A stretch of 64,000 bases of DNA from Candidatus Sumerlaeales bacterium (GCA_038243585.1 JBBSQY010000013.1:1-64000); one strand, 5' to 3'. Positions 29,004-39,587 are shown, counted from the stretch's first letter. The notes: generated by a model not told the origin, from the letters alone. Translations and numbers: made by a program.

Positions 29004-30133
29004 GAGACCCGACTTATAGATGGTGTCAGATATTCCGTAACAGCCGCTGTCAGCATGGCCGGCATATGTGTAACTCTTTGATTTTCTGTAATATCCCTCC
29101 CAAACTCGACAACCGCAATTTGACGGTCTACAGCTTCAGCCAATGCGTTTCTGTCTGCAACTCCACAAAATATTGCCGCATGCCCTCCCCGCTCCCGCGC
29201 TAGCAATGCGGCTTCCCAAGTAGCCTTGCCACCCATGCTAGTCGCGTCAAACCTGCCCTCTACAGTCAATAGCGTAGTGCCATCCGAAATGGCATCGGAG
29301 AGGTTTGTTAAGTCAAATACCATACGCGCGCCGCACACCAGAGTAGCACCAACTGCAGCAACGGCGAAACCAAGCCCGCCCGCCGCCCCAGCGCCTGGCA
29401 TGGCGCATAATTTCATTCCAGCGCTCCGCTCGATGCGAATACACCAATCACCCATCCATCCCTCCAAGAGTTCAGCCTGATCAGGATCGGCTCCTTTTTG
29501 CGGAGCAAACACTTTAGCCGCGCCGTTAGGGCCGCGCAATGGATTATCGACATCAACGCAGCCGATAATTTCCATGGGAGCAAGCCAGCCACAAAGCGCT
29601 TGAATATCTGGAGAAGGAAGTTCCGGCAAGTCCATGGCGATTCGAGGCTCTGGATATCCCCGTCTGCATTGCCCGCTCAATTCCGCGAGACGCCATAAAA
29701 ACCCAGCGCCCCCATCGCAGGTTGCTGATCCTCCCAGGCCAATATATAACTTCTTCACCCCTGCCATACGCGTAGCATAAACTAAATCTGCCACGCCCGC
29801 CGTACCGCTGATCATAACATTACGACGCGATTTTTCCACGAGTTTCAACCCGCTGCATAAAGCAATTTCTATATACGCGGTTTCATTTTCCGAATCGATT
29901 AAGTAAGGGGCAGAGATGGCATCGCCAAGGGGTCCGGTGCAGGCCGCTTCATTTATGACATAATTGTGACCCTGCCCACACGCTTCCAGAAATCCGTCGC
30001 CACCGTCGCTAATTAAAAAGCCATTGCTCAACGGCTTATTTGAGGCCCTAGCCCCTGCCTCCAAAGCCGCAAGGCTATTAGTGGCAGACATTACTTCCTT
30101 TACAGCATTTCCCGCACATAGGACATGTTTCAT
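29000..30133 (-). CDS. glycerate kinase (class I)
   Basis: ISDGGDG, GLGGSATCDGG, DVDNPL, FAPQKGA, GAGAAGGLG and EGRFD motifs; start MKHVL at 30133. Confidence 0.93.
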   Translation of the reverse strand: MKHVLCAGNAVKEVMSATNSLAALEAGARASNKPLSNGFLISDGGDGFLEACGQGHNYVINEAACTGPLGDAISAPYLIDSENETAYIEIALCSGLKLVEKSRRNVMISGTAGVADLVYATRMAGVKKLYIGLGGSATCDGGAGFLWRLAELSGQCRRGYPEPRIAMDLPELPSPDIQALCGWLAPMEIIGCVDVDNPLRGPNGAAKVFAPQKGADPDQAELLEGWMGDWCIRIERSAGMKLCAMPGAGAAGGLGFAVAAVGATLVCGARMVFDLTNLSDAISDGTTLLTVEGRFDATSMGGKATWEAALLARERGGHAAIFCGVADRNALAEAVDRQIAVVEFGRDITENQRVTHMPAMLTAAVTEYLTPSISRVS

Positions 30134-30270
30134 ACGTTCACCTCTGTTCCGCGTAACTAAGACAACCAAACAACAGAGTTTTGCGGCTGTCCAATTGTAA
30201 AGCACACGCAGCACCTGACAAAAAATTAAAGCGAGCTGTCAAATCTGTAGACAGTTTTTGAAAGTAAACC

Positions 30271-31335
30271 ATGGAAGACGCCGCCATACAAAAAAGCGAC
30301 GCGTGGCTTGATCGCTGTGGACCAGATGAACACGTAGCAGTCTCCAGTCGCGCGCGCTACGCACGAAATCTGCCTAGAATCCCCTACCCCATGCGGGCAG
30401 GCGCCGACGATCTACGATTGATAGTGGAAAAAGTTGGGACGGCAATCTCGGAAACGATGCTTTTTCGGGAGGGCATGGCTTTTAATCTTTCGGAGCTGCC
30501 CTCCGCGCACAGGCATTTTCTCAAAGAAAATCATTTAATTTCCAGTGAAATGGAAAAGGGCGGAGCGCACCGCCTTATCTTTCTTAACAACGATGTCACG
30601 TTGGCCATAATGGTAAATGAAGAGGATCATCTGAGACTCTTTGCATTGGAGCCTGGTTTTCGACTCTCCGATGTTTTAAATAATGTCATAACGCTGGAGC
30701 AGGCGCTGGAGCAGCACTTAGAGTTCGCATTTTCTCCCAAATATGGATTTCTTACTGCTTGCCCGACAAATACAGGAACCGGCCTGCGAGCCAGTGTACT
30801 GCTCCATCTGCCCGCTCTTGCGTCCACACGCCAACTTGCGGAATTTGTAAAAATGCTGCCTCATAGCGGCCTAACCATTCGAGGCCCTTACGGAGAAAAT
30901 AGCGAAAATTTTGGCGACTTGTTCCAAGTAAGCAACGAAGTTACTCTGGGTCGCAACGAGAGCGAAATAATAGAGTCGTTAACAGCAAAGGTCGATCAGA
31001 TTATCAGTGCGGAAGAGAGTGCTCGCCGCCAGATTATGGACATAAACAAAGCTCAGGCAGAAGACCAGGTGTGGCGGGCTTGGGGGATTCTGACTAATGC
31101 ACGCATGATTACGACACAGGAAGCTGTGCAAAATCTTAGCAAACTTCGCCTCGGCATTGATCGGCACTGGTTTCCGCAGCTTTCGCACGCGCAGCTAAAT
31201 CGCCTGTTGATCCAGGTTCAGCCGGGACATCTACAACTTAAAATGCCTACAGCGGACAGTCAGCAGGAGCGGGATGTGGAACGTGCTAAAATTTTAAGAC
31301 ACATCCTATTCCTCACTCTTGGTAGCGACTCTTAG
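30271..31335 (+). CDS. mcsB: protein-arginine kinase
   Basis: SSRARYARN, MVNEEDHLR, LTACPTNTGTGLRASV, QVSNEVTLG and QPGHLQ motifs. Confidence 0.93.
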   Translation: MEDAAIQKSDAWLDRCGPDEHVAVSSRARYARNLPRIPYPMRAGADDLRLIVEKVGTAISETMLFREGMAFNLSELPSAHRHFLKENHLISSEMEKGGAHRLIFLNNDVTLAIMVNEEDHLRLFALEPGFRLSDVLNNVITLEQALEQHLEFAFSPKYGFLTACPTNTGTGLRASVLLHLPALASTRQLAEFVKMLPHSGLTIRGPYGENSENFGDLFQVSNEVTLGRNESEIIESLTAKVDQIISAEESARRQIMDINKAQAEDQVWRAWGILTNARMITTQEAVQNLSKLRLGIDRHWFPQLSHAQLNRLLIQVQPGHLQLKMPTADSQQERDVERAKILRHILFLTLGSDS

Positions 31336-31428
31336 CTTCTAGCATAGGTGCGAGTTAAAATAGCATCTTAGACACGAACTAAACATTTCCAGTTGCATCT
31401 TGTTTTCAATTGGGCACACCCAATCACC

Positions 31429-32421
31429 ATGCGAATATTAGTTGCCGGCGGAGCCGGTTATATTGGAAGCGTCACTGTCGAACACTTGATTGAAGACGGC
31501 CATGAAATCGTGGTCATAGATAACCTTAGCCGCGGCCACGAAAAAGCTGTGCATCCTGCGGCCAAACTTCACAAGATTGACCTTGCAGACTTGCCGGCTA
31601 TTGATTCTGTATTTAAACAATACGAGTTCGACGGCGTTATGCATTTCTGCGCCAGTAGCTTGGTTGGCGAGTCAGTAGTGAAACCTCTTGAATACTACAG
31701 TAACAATATCTGCGGCGGCTTGAATCTGGTTAATGCAATGGTGACAAACGGCGTCGGCAACCTCGTTTTTTCTTCAACCGCAGCCATTTTCGGAGAGCCT
31801 GAATCCCAGCCTATTACGGAAGACGCTCCTCATGTGCCGCTTAACCCGTACGGCAGGACGAAATTGTGTTTTGAACATCTGCTTAGAGACGTTGAAGCCG
31901 CCCACGGGCTTAAAAGCACTTGCCTTCGCTATTTTAATGCCGCAGGCGCCACAACGCAGCGCGGCGAAGATCACCGTCCGGAAACTCACCTGATCCCTTT
32001 AATCATGGACGCAGCTCGCGGAAAACGAGAATCCATATCGGTGTTTGGCGACGATTACCCCACCGTCGACGGGACGTGCGTTCGCGATTATATCCACGTA
32101 TCAGACTTGGCCCAGGCGCACATTCTGGCGATCACGCACCTTGTCAACAATCCTGCCGCGGCCGGCGACGCGTTCAATCTAGGTAATGGAATGGGGTTTT
32201 CTGTGAGAGACGTAATTAATTCCGTACAGAATGTGACAGGGTTTACGGTTACGGCAATGGTCGCTCCTCGCCGCGCTGGTGACCCCGCAGTTTTGGTCGC
32301 ATCGTCGGATAAAATACGTAATGCACTAGGATGGAATCCCAACTACGCCAACTTGGACAGCATCGTTGAGTCCGCCTGGCATTGGGTTCAAAAAAACCCG
32401 GACGGATACAAAAACAGCTAG
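31429..32421 (+). CDS. galE: UDP-glucose 4-epimerase
   Basis: GGAGYIGS, SLVGES, FSSTAA, YGRTK, LRYFNAAG and RDYIHV motifs. Confidence 0.97.
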   Translation: MRILVAGGAGYIGSVTVEHLIEDGHEIVVIDNLSRGHEKAVHPAAKLHKIDLADLPAIDSVFKQYEFDGVMHFCASSLVGESVVKPLEYYSNNICGGLNLVNAMVTNGVGNLVFSSTAAIFGEPESQPITEDAPHVPLNPYGRTKLCFEHLLRDVEAAHGLKSTCLRYFNAAGATTQRGEDHRPETHLIPLIMDAARGKRESISVFGDDYPTVDGTCVRDYIHVSDLAQAHILAITHLVNNPAAAGDAFNLGNGMGFSVRDVINSVQNVTGFTVTAMVAPRRAGDPAVLVASSDKIRNALGWNPNYANLDSIVESAWHWVQKNPDGYKNS

Positions 32422-32508
32422 TCAGCACCTTGGCAAAAGTTTCATTCTAAATGATAAGTCTTAAAACCGAGCGTGCTTTATTAACTACATATTAAAGGGA
32501 AATATGCC

Positions 32509-34506
32509 ATGACAGAGTCCAGACAATTGCTACCTGTGCGAATCTTAATTGTTACGAGTTGCGCCTTAATCACTTCTGTGTCGTCAGCGGGTGAGAATAG
32601 TTTAAAGTTATCCGGTTTGTTTTCCAATCACATGGTGCTTCAGCGCGAGCTTCCCCTCAGAATCACAGGCACGTCGACTCCTGGCGACACTGTTAAGGTC
32701 ACTCTCAGCGACGTGGCCGACGGCACCGCTGAAGCCAAAGTCACATCAGATGGATCGTGGGACGTGTCGTTACCTGCTCAGAAAGCTGGTGGCCCTTATG
32801 CAATGACGGTGGCCGACTCTGACGAAACAACTGTTGTACAGGATCTATTAATTGGTGACATTTGGGTATGCAGCGGACAATCGAATATGGATTTTGCTTT
32901 AAAATACAGCCTAAATCCGCAGCCGGAGATCAGCCAGGCGCAAAATAGTAACCTCCGATTTTATCAGGTGCAGCAGAACAAAGCGCTTAAACCGCTGGAG
33001 GATCTAAATCCTGTCTCTCAGTGGAAAGTATGCACGCCAGATACGGCTCCGGATTTTTCGGCTGTGGCATATTATTTCGGTCAGCACATCCAAAGAGAAA
33101 TTAATATTCCTATAGGCCTGATCCAGAGCGCCTGGGGTGGCACCAAGGTTGAGTGGTGGACACCGGCAGCGGGTCTTGAGAAATTTGATGCTTATAAATC
33201 AGACCTTACAGATGTTAAAAATGGAAAAAGCGATGCTCAGCTGGCAAAAGATTACCCGGGCTTGCTCAGCACCTGGATTGCACAGGTTCAAGCTGCCGAT
33301 CCGGGGAACTCAGCAGAATCATCATGGGCCGCTTCAGATTTAGATGATTCATCATGGGAAAAGCTAAAAGTGCCCCACGATAAAAGAAAGGGGTATTTGA
33401 GCGAGAATGACGGGACTCTTTGGCATAGACGCTCGTTTACTGTGACTGACTTAGAAGCGGCGATGTCAGCGACTCTAAAGCTGGACTGTATTGATGATTT
33501 GGTAATAGCTTTTATCAATGGCAAACAAGTAGGAGCCAGCCAATCGGCAGCGGCACGACAATCCTTTAAAATCGCGGAAGGCACTCTTGTAGCGGGAGAA
33601 AATACGATTGCGTTACAAGTTATTAATTTTGGCGGCGCAGGGGGAATTTGTGGTTCTGCTGACGCGTTAAAGATTATATTTTCCGACGCCAAAGCTGACA
33701 ATTCTATTAAACTTGCGGGTGATTGGAAAACAAAGCCGGGAACTGAACTAACAAAATTACCTGCCCCTCCCGCAACCCCGTTGGCTATTCGTCCGACCGT
33801 ATTGTACAATGCCATGATCGCCCCGCTGCAAAGCTTCCCTATTCGCGGGACAATATGGTATCAGGGCGAATCGAACGCAAGCCATGCTGAGGCCCCTGTT
33901 TACGCAGAAATTTTTGGAAACATGATTACCGAGTGGCGAAAAGGCTGGGGCATAGGTGACTTTCCCTTCCTATTTGTTCAACTTGCCAGCTATCGAGATC
34001 CGTCTAAGGAGCCAGCCGAGTCTTCCTGGGCGCAGTTGCGCGAAGCTCAGGAGGATGTGCTAAGCCAGGTAAAAAATACCGCAATGGCTTCCGCCATTGA
34101 TATCGGCGAAGCTAATGACATTCACCCAAAAAACAAACGGGATGTGGGCAACCGACTTGCCCTCGGTGCACTGGCAATAGCTTATGGCAAACCTGTTGAA
34201 CACATGGGGCCGCTATATGAATCGCACAAGATTGATAGCGAAAAAATCGTGCTTAGGTTTTCTCATTCAAAAGATTTAAAAACCTCCGGCAGCCAGGAAG
34301 TTAAAGGCTTTGCCATTGCTGGCAAGGACGGCAAATTCGTTTGGGCCAACGCAATAATCGTTGGCGATACGGTTTCGGTGTCCAGCGACACTATTAATCA
34401 GCCGATGGCGGTGCGTTATGGCTGGTCTAACTATTCAATCGGCAATCTTTATAACGGTGTCGGTCTTCCCGCTAACCCATTTAGGACTGACAAGCCAAAC
34501 CTTTAG
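32509..34506 (+). CDS. sialate O-acetylesterase (SASA) family protein, secreted
   Basis: CSGQSNM, SAWGGT, WYQGESN, FVQLA and DIHPKNK motifs. Confidence 0.92.
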   Translation: MTESRQLLPVRILIVTSCALITSVSSAGENSLKLSGLFSNHMVLQRELPLRITGTSTPGDTVKVTLSDVADGTAEAKVTSDGSWDVSLPAQKAGGPYAMTVADSDETTVVQDLLIGDIWVCSGQSNMDFALKYSLNPQPEISQAQNSNLRFYQVQQNKALKPLEDLNPVSQWKVCTPDTAPDFSAVAYYFGQHIQREINIPIGLIQSAWGGTKVEWWTPAAGLEKFDAYKSDLTDVKNGKSDAQLAKDYPGLLSTWIAQVQAADPGNSAESSWAASDLDDSSWEKLKVPHDKRKGYLSENDGTLWHRRSFTVTDLEAAMSATLKLDCIDDLVIAFINGKQVGASQSAAARQSFKIAEGTLVAGENTIALQVINFGGAGGICGSADALKIIFSDAKADNSIKLAGDWKTKPGTELTKLPAPPATPLAIRPTVLYNAMIAPLQSFPIRGTIWYQGESNASHAEAPVYAEIFGNMITEWRKGWGIGDFPFLFVQLASYRDPSKEPAESSWAQLREAQEDVLSQVKNTAMASAIDIGEANDIHPKNKRDVGNRLALGALAIAYGKPVEHMGPLYESHKIDSEKIVLRFSHSKDLKTSGSQEVKGFAIAGKDGKFVWANAIIVGDTVSVSSDTINQPMAVRYGWSNYSIGNLYNGVGLPANPFRTDKPNL

Positions 34507-34753
34507 ATATATAATGCTGCAATTCGCTAAACTTATAGATTTTATATAGGCTACTGTGAAGCAGGCTCTGGCGGTGGAATTAAATTTCTGAAGCGGAATA
34601 ATTACTTTATCATTCATGGCTATGAACTTCAAACCCGCCATATTAATGGCAATAAGTCGCGAGACAGCGCTATCTGCCCCCTATGTTTGTCTTCACACCT
34701 TGACACTCACATCCCAGCCTCCACCAATATCCCCTTTTAAGGAGACAGTATAA

Positions 34754-35698
34754 ATGTCAGCAACTATGAATCCGCCCCCCACTTCAGGTCGCCCTGCGGG
34801 GTACACCGACCCGATTAACATTGGCGAGGTAGATGATGACGAGAGGCCAGACTGGATCGGTAGCGTTGCTTTTATCAGCGTACACCTAGCCTGCTTTCTG
34901 GTTTTCTATGTAGGCTTCAGTTGGGCAGCGCTTGGTATGATGGTTCTTACTTACGGTGCTAGGATGTTTGGCATCACGGGCGTGTTTCATCGGTATTTCA
35001 GCCATCGCACGTATAAGACCAGCCGTGTCTTTCAATTTATGCTTGGGTGGCTGGGCACTTCTTCAGCGCAGCAGGGACCGCTTTGGTGGGCTGCGCACCA
35101 CCGCCATCATCATCGCCACAGCGATACTGAAGAAGACATCCATTCCCCTCTTCATAAGGGCTTTTGGTTTTCTCACGTCGGTTGGGTAATATGCAAAAAA
35201 TACGAAAAAACCAACGTGCAGGCGATCCCCGATTTTGCGAAGTACCCTGAACTGCGTTTCCTGAACAACTATCATATTATTCCGCCGATCGTGCTGGCGC
35301 TAGCTGTATATGGTGTCGGCGCTTTGCTCGAGCGTTATGCACCGTCCCTCGGCACTAATGGTTTCCAGATGCTCGTTTGGGGATTTTTTGTTAGCACCAC
35401 ACTGCTATATCACTGGACATTCTGTATCAATTCCCTCGCCCATGTGTGGGGTAAGCGCCGCTTTCAAACGTCCGACACCAGCAGGAATAACTGGTGGCTC
35501 GCCATTATGACCCTTGGCGAAGGATGGCACAACAACCACCACCACTGCCCCTATAGCGAACGTCAGGGCATGTATTGGTACGAGATTGATATATCTCATT
35601 ACATCTTAAAAGGATTGGCGGCAGTAGGTCTCGTGTGGGACTTGCAAACCCATCCAAAAAGCGTGTACGAACAGATTGAAAAGAAGAACGCTGCATAG
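34754..35698 (+). CDS. delta-9 acyl-CoA/lipid desaturase
   Basis: Three His boxes: HRYFSH, HRHHH and GEGWHNNHH. Confidence 0.95.
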   Translation: MSATMNPPPTSGRPAGYTDPINIGEVDDDERPDWIGSVAFISVHLACFLVFYVGFSWAALGMMVLTYGARMFGITGVFHRYFSHRTYKTSRVFQFMLGWLGTSSAQQGPLWWAAHHRHHHRHSDTEEDIHSPLHKGFWFSHVGWVICKKYEKTNVQAIPDFAKYPELRFLNNYHIIPPIVLALAVYGVGALLERYAPSLGTNGFQMLVWGFFVSTTLLYHWTFCINSLAHVWGKRRFQTSDTSRNNWWLAIMTLGEGWHNNHHHCPYSERQGMYWYEIDISHYILKGLAAVGLVWDLQTHPKSVYEQIEKKNAA

Positions 35699-35721
35699 CC
35701 AGCGCTAGTTGACAAGAAGCT

Positions 35722-35752
35722 AGCCCCGAGCCATCACAGCTCGGGGCTTTTT
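35722..35752 (+). terminator. intrinsic terminator between convergent genes
   Basis: AGCCCCGAGC/GCTCGGGGCT stem followed by TTTT. Confidence 0.85.
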
Positions 35753-35759
35753 GTTATCA

Positions 35760-36791
35760 TTATGACTTCTTCAGCGTCACAGTTTTGCCAGTTTCAAGCG
35801 ATTCGACTTCGGCTGCAATTGCGGCTACGGAGTCTAAAGCCTGCGCTCCTGTTGAAATTTTCGGAGCTTGCTTCTTTTCCAAGCAGTCCACAAAATAAGT
35901 CAGTTCATTCAGGTAACCTCCTAGATCGCTGATATTACCAACCACCGGTCCTGCTGAACTCACTTTTGGTTGCTTGAGCGCAATATCCTTTGGCGCTTTT
36001 GCCCCTGCAGTCAAACGCAAAGACGGCTGCTTCGTAGATTCAAAGTCCAATACGGCGTTCTCAAAAATTGCTTCCCAGCCCATGCTGAACGCGTGCTTTA
36101 CCGGGTAATTCCAGCCGCCGTCTGCCACAACTGCGATGTCTTTGTAATGATAAGTAGTAAAAACGTGGGCCCAGCCGGAAAAATCCTTCGTTCCCACTGA
36201 AGTTACGGCTGTTGGCTTTCCAAAAAGATGTAGCGCATAATCAGTATCGTGGATGTGAAGGTCGTAGACTGCACCGCCGGAAAGCTTCGGGTTCTGCAGC
36301 CAATTGCTGGCACTGTAGGTTGGCCGGCTGGAACGCCGATGCATAGACAGGCTCAGTAGCTTGCCGTATTTCTTTTCCTTAATCACCGCTTCCAGATACT
36401 GGTATTCCGGCCAGAAACGTATGCAATGACCCACCATCAGATAAATTCTTTTGCGCCGCGCGGCCTCGACCAGCTTACGCCCTTCTTCAACGGTGGGAGC
36501 AAACGGCTTTTCGCAAAAAAGGTGCTTACCCGCAGCCACGACTTCAAGACCAACCGGCACATGAAGATCCGTAGGCAAACAGATATCAACAGCGTCCACT
36601 TCTTCATTAGAAAATAGTTCTGAGAGAGATGGATAAACTTTTGTTTCAATACCCATTTTTTTTAATGATTTTAGAGCATTGGCAGGGACTTGGTCTACGA
36701 CGGCCACAAGATGCGCATTTTTGATTGCCTGGTAGCATCTTGCATGCATCTGCCCCATAAATCCGAATCCTACAATTGCGACTTTTTGCAT
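35760..36791 (-). CDS. Gfo/Idh/MocA oxidoreductase
   Basis: VAIVGFGFMG, CEKP and DLHIHD motifs; start MQKVA. Confidence 0.92.
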   Translation of the reverse strand: MQKVAIVGFGFMGQMHARCYQAIKNAHLVAVVDQVPANALKSLKKMGIETKVYPSLSELFSNEEVDAVDICLPTDLHVPVGLEVVAAGKHLFCEKPFAPTVEEGRKLVEAARRKRIYLMVGHCIRFWPEYQYLEAVIKEKKYGKLLSLSMHRRSSRPTYSASNWLQNPKLSGGAVYDLHIHDTDYALHLFGKPTAVTSVGTKDFSGWAHVFTTYHYKDIAVVADGGWNYPVKHAFSMGWEAIFENAVLDFESTKQPSLRLTAGAKAPKDIALKQPKVSSAGPVVGNISDLGGYLNELTYFVDCLEKKQAPKISTGAQALDSVAAIAAEVESLETGKTVTLKKS

Positions 36792-36978
36792 TGGTTTCCT
36801 TTGTGCTGGACGTGTGACAATGGCGTCAGCTTTTTTATAGTGGTATGCGAATTGATTACTTAAGAGCGCTTGCCAACACATGATTACAAGTAATAACGGA
36901 AACCGCTACTTCGTGAGAGATTCAGAATAGCTTAAGTTCCGCCACCGGAATTTTTCGCGCAGTTAAAGACGCTTTGAC

Positions 36979-37005
36979 CAAACCTTTTCCGATGCAGGCT
37001 CGTCT
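36979..37005 (+). promoter_or_regulatory. putative ECF sigma promoter of the VIT-vWA gene
   Basis: CAAACC-N16-CGTCT, resembling the ECF AAC...CGT consensus. Confidence 0.4.
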
Positions 37006-37025
37006 GTACTTTATCATCTACATAA

Positions 37026-39386
37026 ATGAGGGTACTTAAAATGAAACTGCACGCCGATCCGAAAAGACTTTTTCAATCCCTGATTCTGCTGACGCTTATT
37101 ATGCCTTTATCCAACATCGCTCTTGGTATCGGGATAATCATACCTATTCCCATTCCCCGGCCTCAGGCAGCTATCCCGCCGACTCTTAAGTCGGTAAACG
37201 TAACGAGCCACATACAAAATGACATCGCCAAAACCCGGGTTACGCAGGTTTTTCACAACCCGAACCTTCTGCCGGTCGAAGCAGATTTTTATTTCCCCAC
37301 TCCCGACGGGGCGGACATTACGGATTTCATCCTGTTTATGGATGGCAAGCCAGTAAAGGGAGAAGTGCTTGATAAAGATAAGGCGCAAAGCATTTATCGT
37401 GACATCGTACGCAAACTGCGAGATCCCGGTCTTGTTGAGTGGTCGGGCAAAAACTTGTTCCGCGTTCGCCTTTTCCCGATTCCCGCCCGTGGCGATCAAA
37501 AAATCGAAATACAAATAACTCAACCACTTACGGCGGACCAGGGATATTACCGATTTAATGTACCATTGAAATATCCGTTGCATAACGGCGCTTCTTCCTC
37601 CCCTCCAACCGTTGATTTACAAATCTCCATTGAGTCTGATCCTCCGGTGAGAAACGTCTACTCCCCGACTCATAAGTTGGAAACTAACACTTCTGATACC
37701 CGATCACTGACTGTCACCGTGGCTGACGACAATCCGGCCAGCAATGGGCGAGATGGCGCCCATCTCGTCAATCAGGATTTTCTCCTTTTTTACGAACACT
37801 CTGACAAGCCGATTTCAGTCAGTCTCCTTTCCCATAAGAGCAAGAACACAGAAGGTTTTTTCACCTTGAGGATCAGTCCCCCATGGGATGCCCAAGGCAC
37901 TACCACCCCACAAGCGTCGCCGGGGAATTATGTATTCGTCATCGACTCCAGCGGTAGCATGGTGGAAGGTGATAAGATTGAACAAGCCCGCAAGGCGTTA
38001 AGGTATTGCGTCAGTCTGCTGAAACCCACCGATCAATTTAATATCGTCAGATTTTCCACGACCGTGGAATCATTCAAGCCGGATCTGTTGCCTGCCTCAC
38101 CGGATAATCGTAGAGCCGCCGTATATTGGATAGATGAGCTGCAAGCCCGCGGCGGAACCAACATCTCAGAAGCTTTAAAAGCTGCCCTTGCGCAAAGGAA
38201 AACGAAAAGCTCGGAAAATTGGTTTCAGACCGACACAACTGCGAATTCCATTTTCACCGTCGTCTTTTTAACAGACGGATTACCCACGGTTGGGGAAACC
38301 GCTCCGGAAGCTATTTTAAAAGCCGTTAAAGAACAATCTGGAGACAACGTTCGAATCTTCACCTTCGGGGTCGGCCACGATGTTAATACCCGCCTACTTG
38401 ATTTCATCGCGAATTCGACTCGGGCAGCCAGCGAATATGTTTCTCCCGCCGCCGATCTGGAGGTGCCGGTCAGCCGCTTTTTCGATAAAATCAGCCGCCC
38501 CGCCCTGTTTAATCTGGAACTAAAAATTCCCGGCGTCGGCGTTTCAGAAATCTATCCAACGCAACTGCCCGATCTTTTTTACGGAACAGAATTGGCCGTT
38601 ATGGGGAAATATAAAACTTCCGGCCCATCGCCAATTATTCTTTCGGGAACTATTGCCGGCAAACGGCAGGAATACCGATTTGAAAAAGTATTTCCTGATT
38701 CCAATGAAACTAACCGTTTTGTAGAAAAGCTGTGGGCTACGCGCAAGGTTGCATGGCTATTGGATGAGCTCCGTAAGTCCGGCGAGAGCACGGAGCTAAA
38801 AAAGGAAATCGAGGAGACAGCCCTTAAGTACTCCATAGTCACACCCTACACCTCCTATCTCGCTATGCCAGACGAGGTGCCCAGCGCGCAGCCCCCTGAT
38901 CTCCGAGCTGGCGTGGCTGATATCAGGCGTAAAGGGCGATATAAAAACAGCGGCAGGCCATCATCCGCCGATAAGTTGATGTCTATGAGCAACTTCAAGG
39001 CAGAATCCGGCGCGGGCGCGGTGCAGGCGGCACAGCAGGTCCAGCAGATGAAGACGGCTGAAATTGTTCCATCAACAGACGTAATGGATAATGAGGCCGT
39101 TCAGAAAGCAGTGAACGGAAAACTCTTCATCAACGAAAACGGCGTCTGGAAAGACTCAGCCATAGCCGGGACCGAAAAATCCGGGATTAAAATCAAATAT
39201 CTTTCTGATGCCTGGTTTCAAATATCGGAAACTTATCCTGAGCTAAGGGATTATTTAGCTGTAGGGGAACAGATTCAGGTGTTGGTGGCAGACGACATGG
39301 TTCTGCACATTGGACCGGAAGGCCTTGATACCATTGACAATCCGACAAATACGTTACTAAAAACCACCATTGTAAAAAAGAATTAA
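37026..39386 (+). CDS. VIT and von Willebrand factor A domain protein
   Basis: VIT-like TQVFHN...FYFP; MIDAS DSSGSM, GGTNI and LTDG; IVTPYTSYL. Confidence 0.92.
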   Translation: MRVLKMKLHADPKRLFQSLILLTLIMPLSNIALGIGIIIPIPIPRPQAAIPPTLKSVNVTSHIQNDIAKTRVTQVFHNPNLLPVEADFYFPTPDGADITDFILFMDGKPVKGEVLDKDKAQSIYRDIVRKLRDPGLVEWSGKNLFRVRLFPIPARGDQKIEIQITQPLTADQGYYRFNVPLKYPLHNGASSSPPTVDLQISIESDPPVRNVYSPTHKLETNTSDTRSLTVTVADDNPASNGRDGAHLVNQDFLLFYEHSDKPISVSLLSHKSKNTEGFFTLRISPPWDAQGTTTPQASPGNYVFVIDSSGSMVEGDKIEQARKALRYCVSLLKPTDQFNIVRFSTTVESFKPDLLPASPDNRRAAVYWIDELQARGGTNISEALKAALAQRKTKSSENWFQTDTTANSIFTVVFLTDGLPTVGETAPEAILKAVKEQSGDNVRIFTFGVGHDVNTRLLDFIANSTRAASEYVSPAADLEVPVSRFFDKISRPALFNLELKIPGVGVSEIYPTQLPDLFYGTELAVMGKYKTSGPSPIILSGTIAGKRQEYRFEKVFPDSNETNRFVEKLWATRKVAWLLDELRKSGESTELKKEIEETALKYSIVTPYTSYLAMPDEVPSAQPPDLRAGVADIRRKGRYKNSGRPSSADKLMSMSNFKAESGAGAVQAAQQVQQMKTAEIVPSTDVMDNEAVQKAVNGKLFINENGVWKDSAIAGTEKSGIKIKYLSDAWFQISETYPELRDYLAVGEQIQVLVADDMVLHIGPEGLDTIDNPTNTLLKTTIVKKN

Positions 39387-39405
39387 CTAAAAAGGAAACT
39401 TTTTG

Positions 39406-39433
39406 GGAACCCGCGTGAACAGTTGCTGTCCTA
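39406..39433 (+). promoter_or_regulatory. putative ECF sigma promoter
   Basis: GGAAC-N17-GTCCTA immediately before a structured non-coding segment. Confidence 0.55.
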
Positions 39434-39437
39434 TTAA

Positions 39438-39568
39438 CCAGCAGCAAGCAAGACTGCCCCTTCGAAAAGGGTAGCCAAACTTCAACAAAGATCGTCCAAA
39501 CAACGATCTTTCAAACCTCCTAACCTCAAGATTAGACCTCCGGACCAGCAGCCGGAGGTCTTTTCTTT
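39438..39568 (+). ncRNA. putative small regulatory RNA (three hairpins, exposed ACCTCCT)
   Basis: Hairpins at 39454-39474, 39487-39511 and 39534-39561; unpaired anti-SD motif at 39515-39521; flanked by a promoter-like motif and a terminator. Confidence 0.55.
39534..39568 (+). terminator. intrinsic terminator
   Basis: AGACCTCCGG/CCGGAGGTCT stem followed by TTTCTTT. Confidence 0.85.
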
Positions 39569-39587
39569 GGTGGGAGATTGTTCCGCC

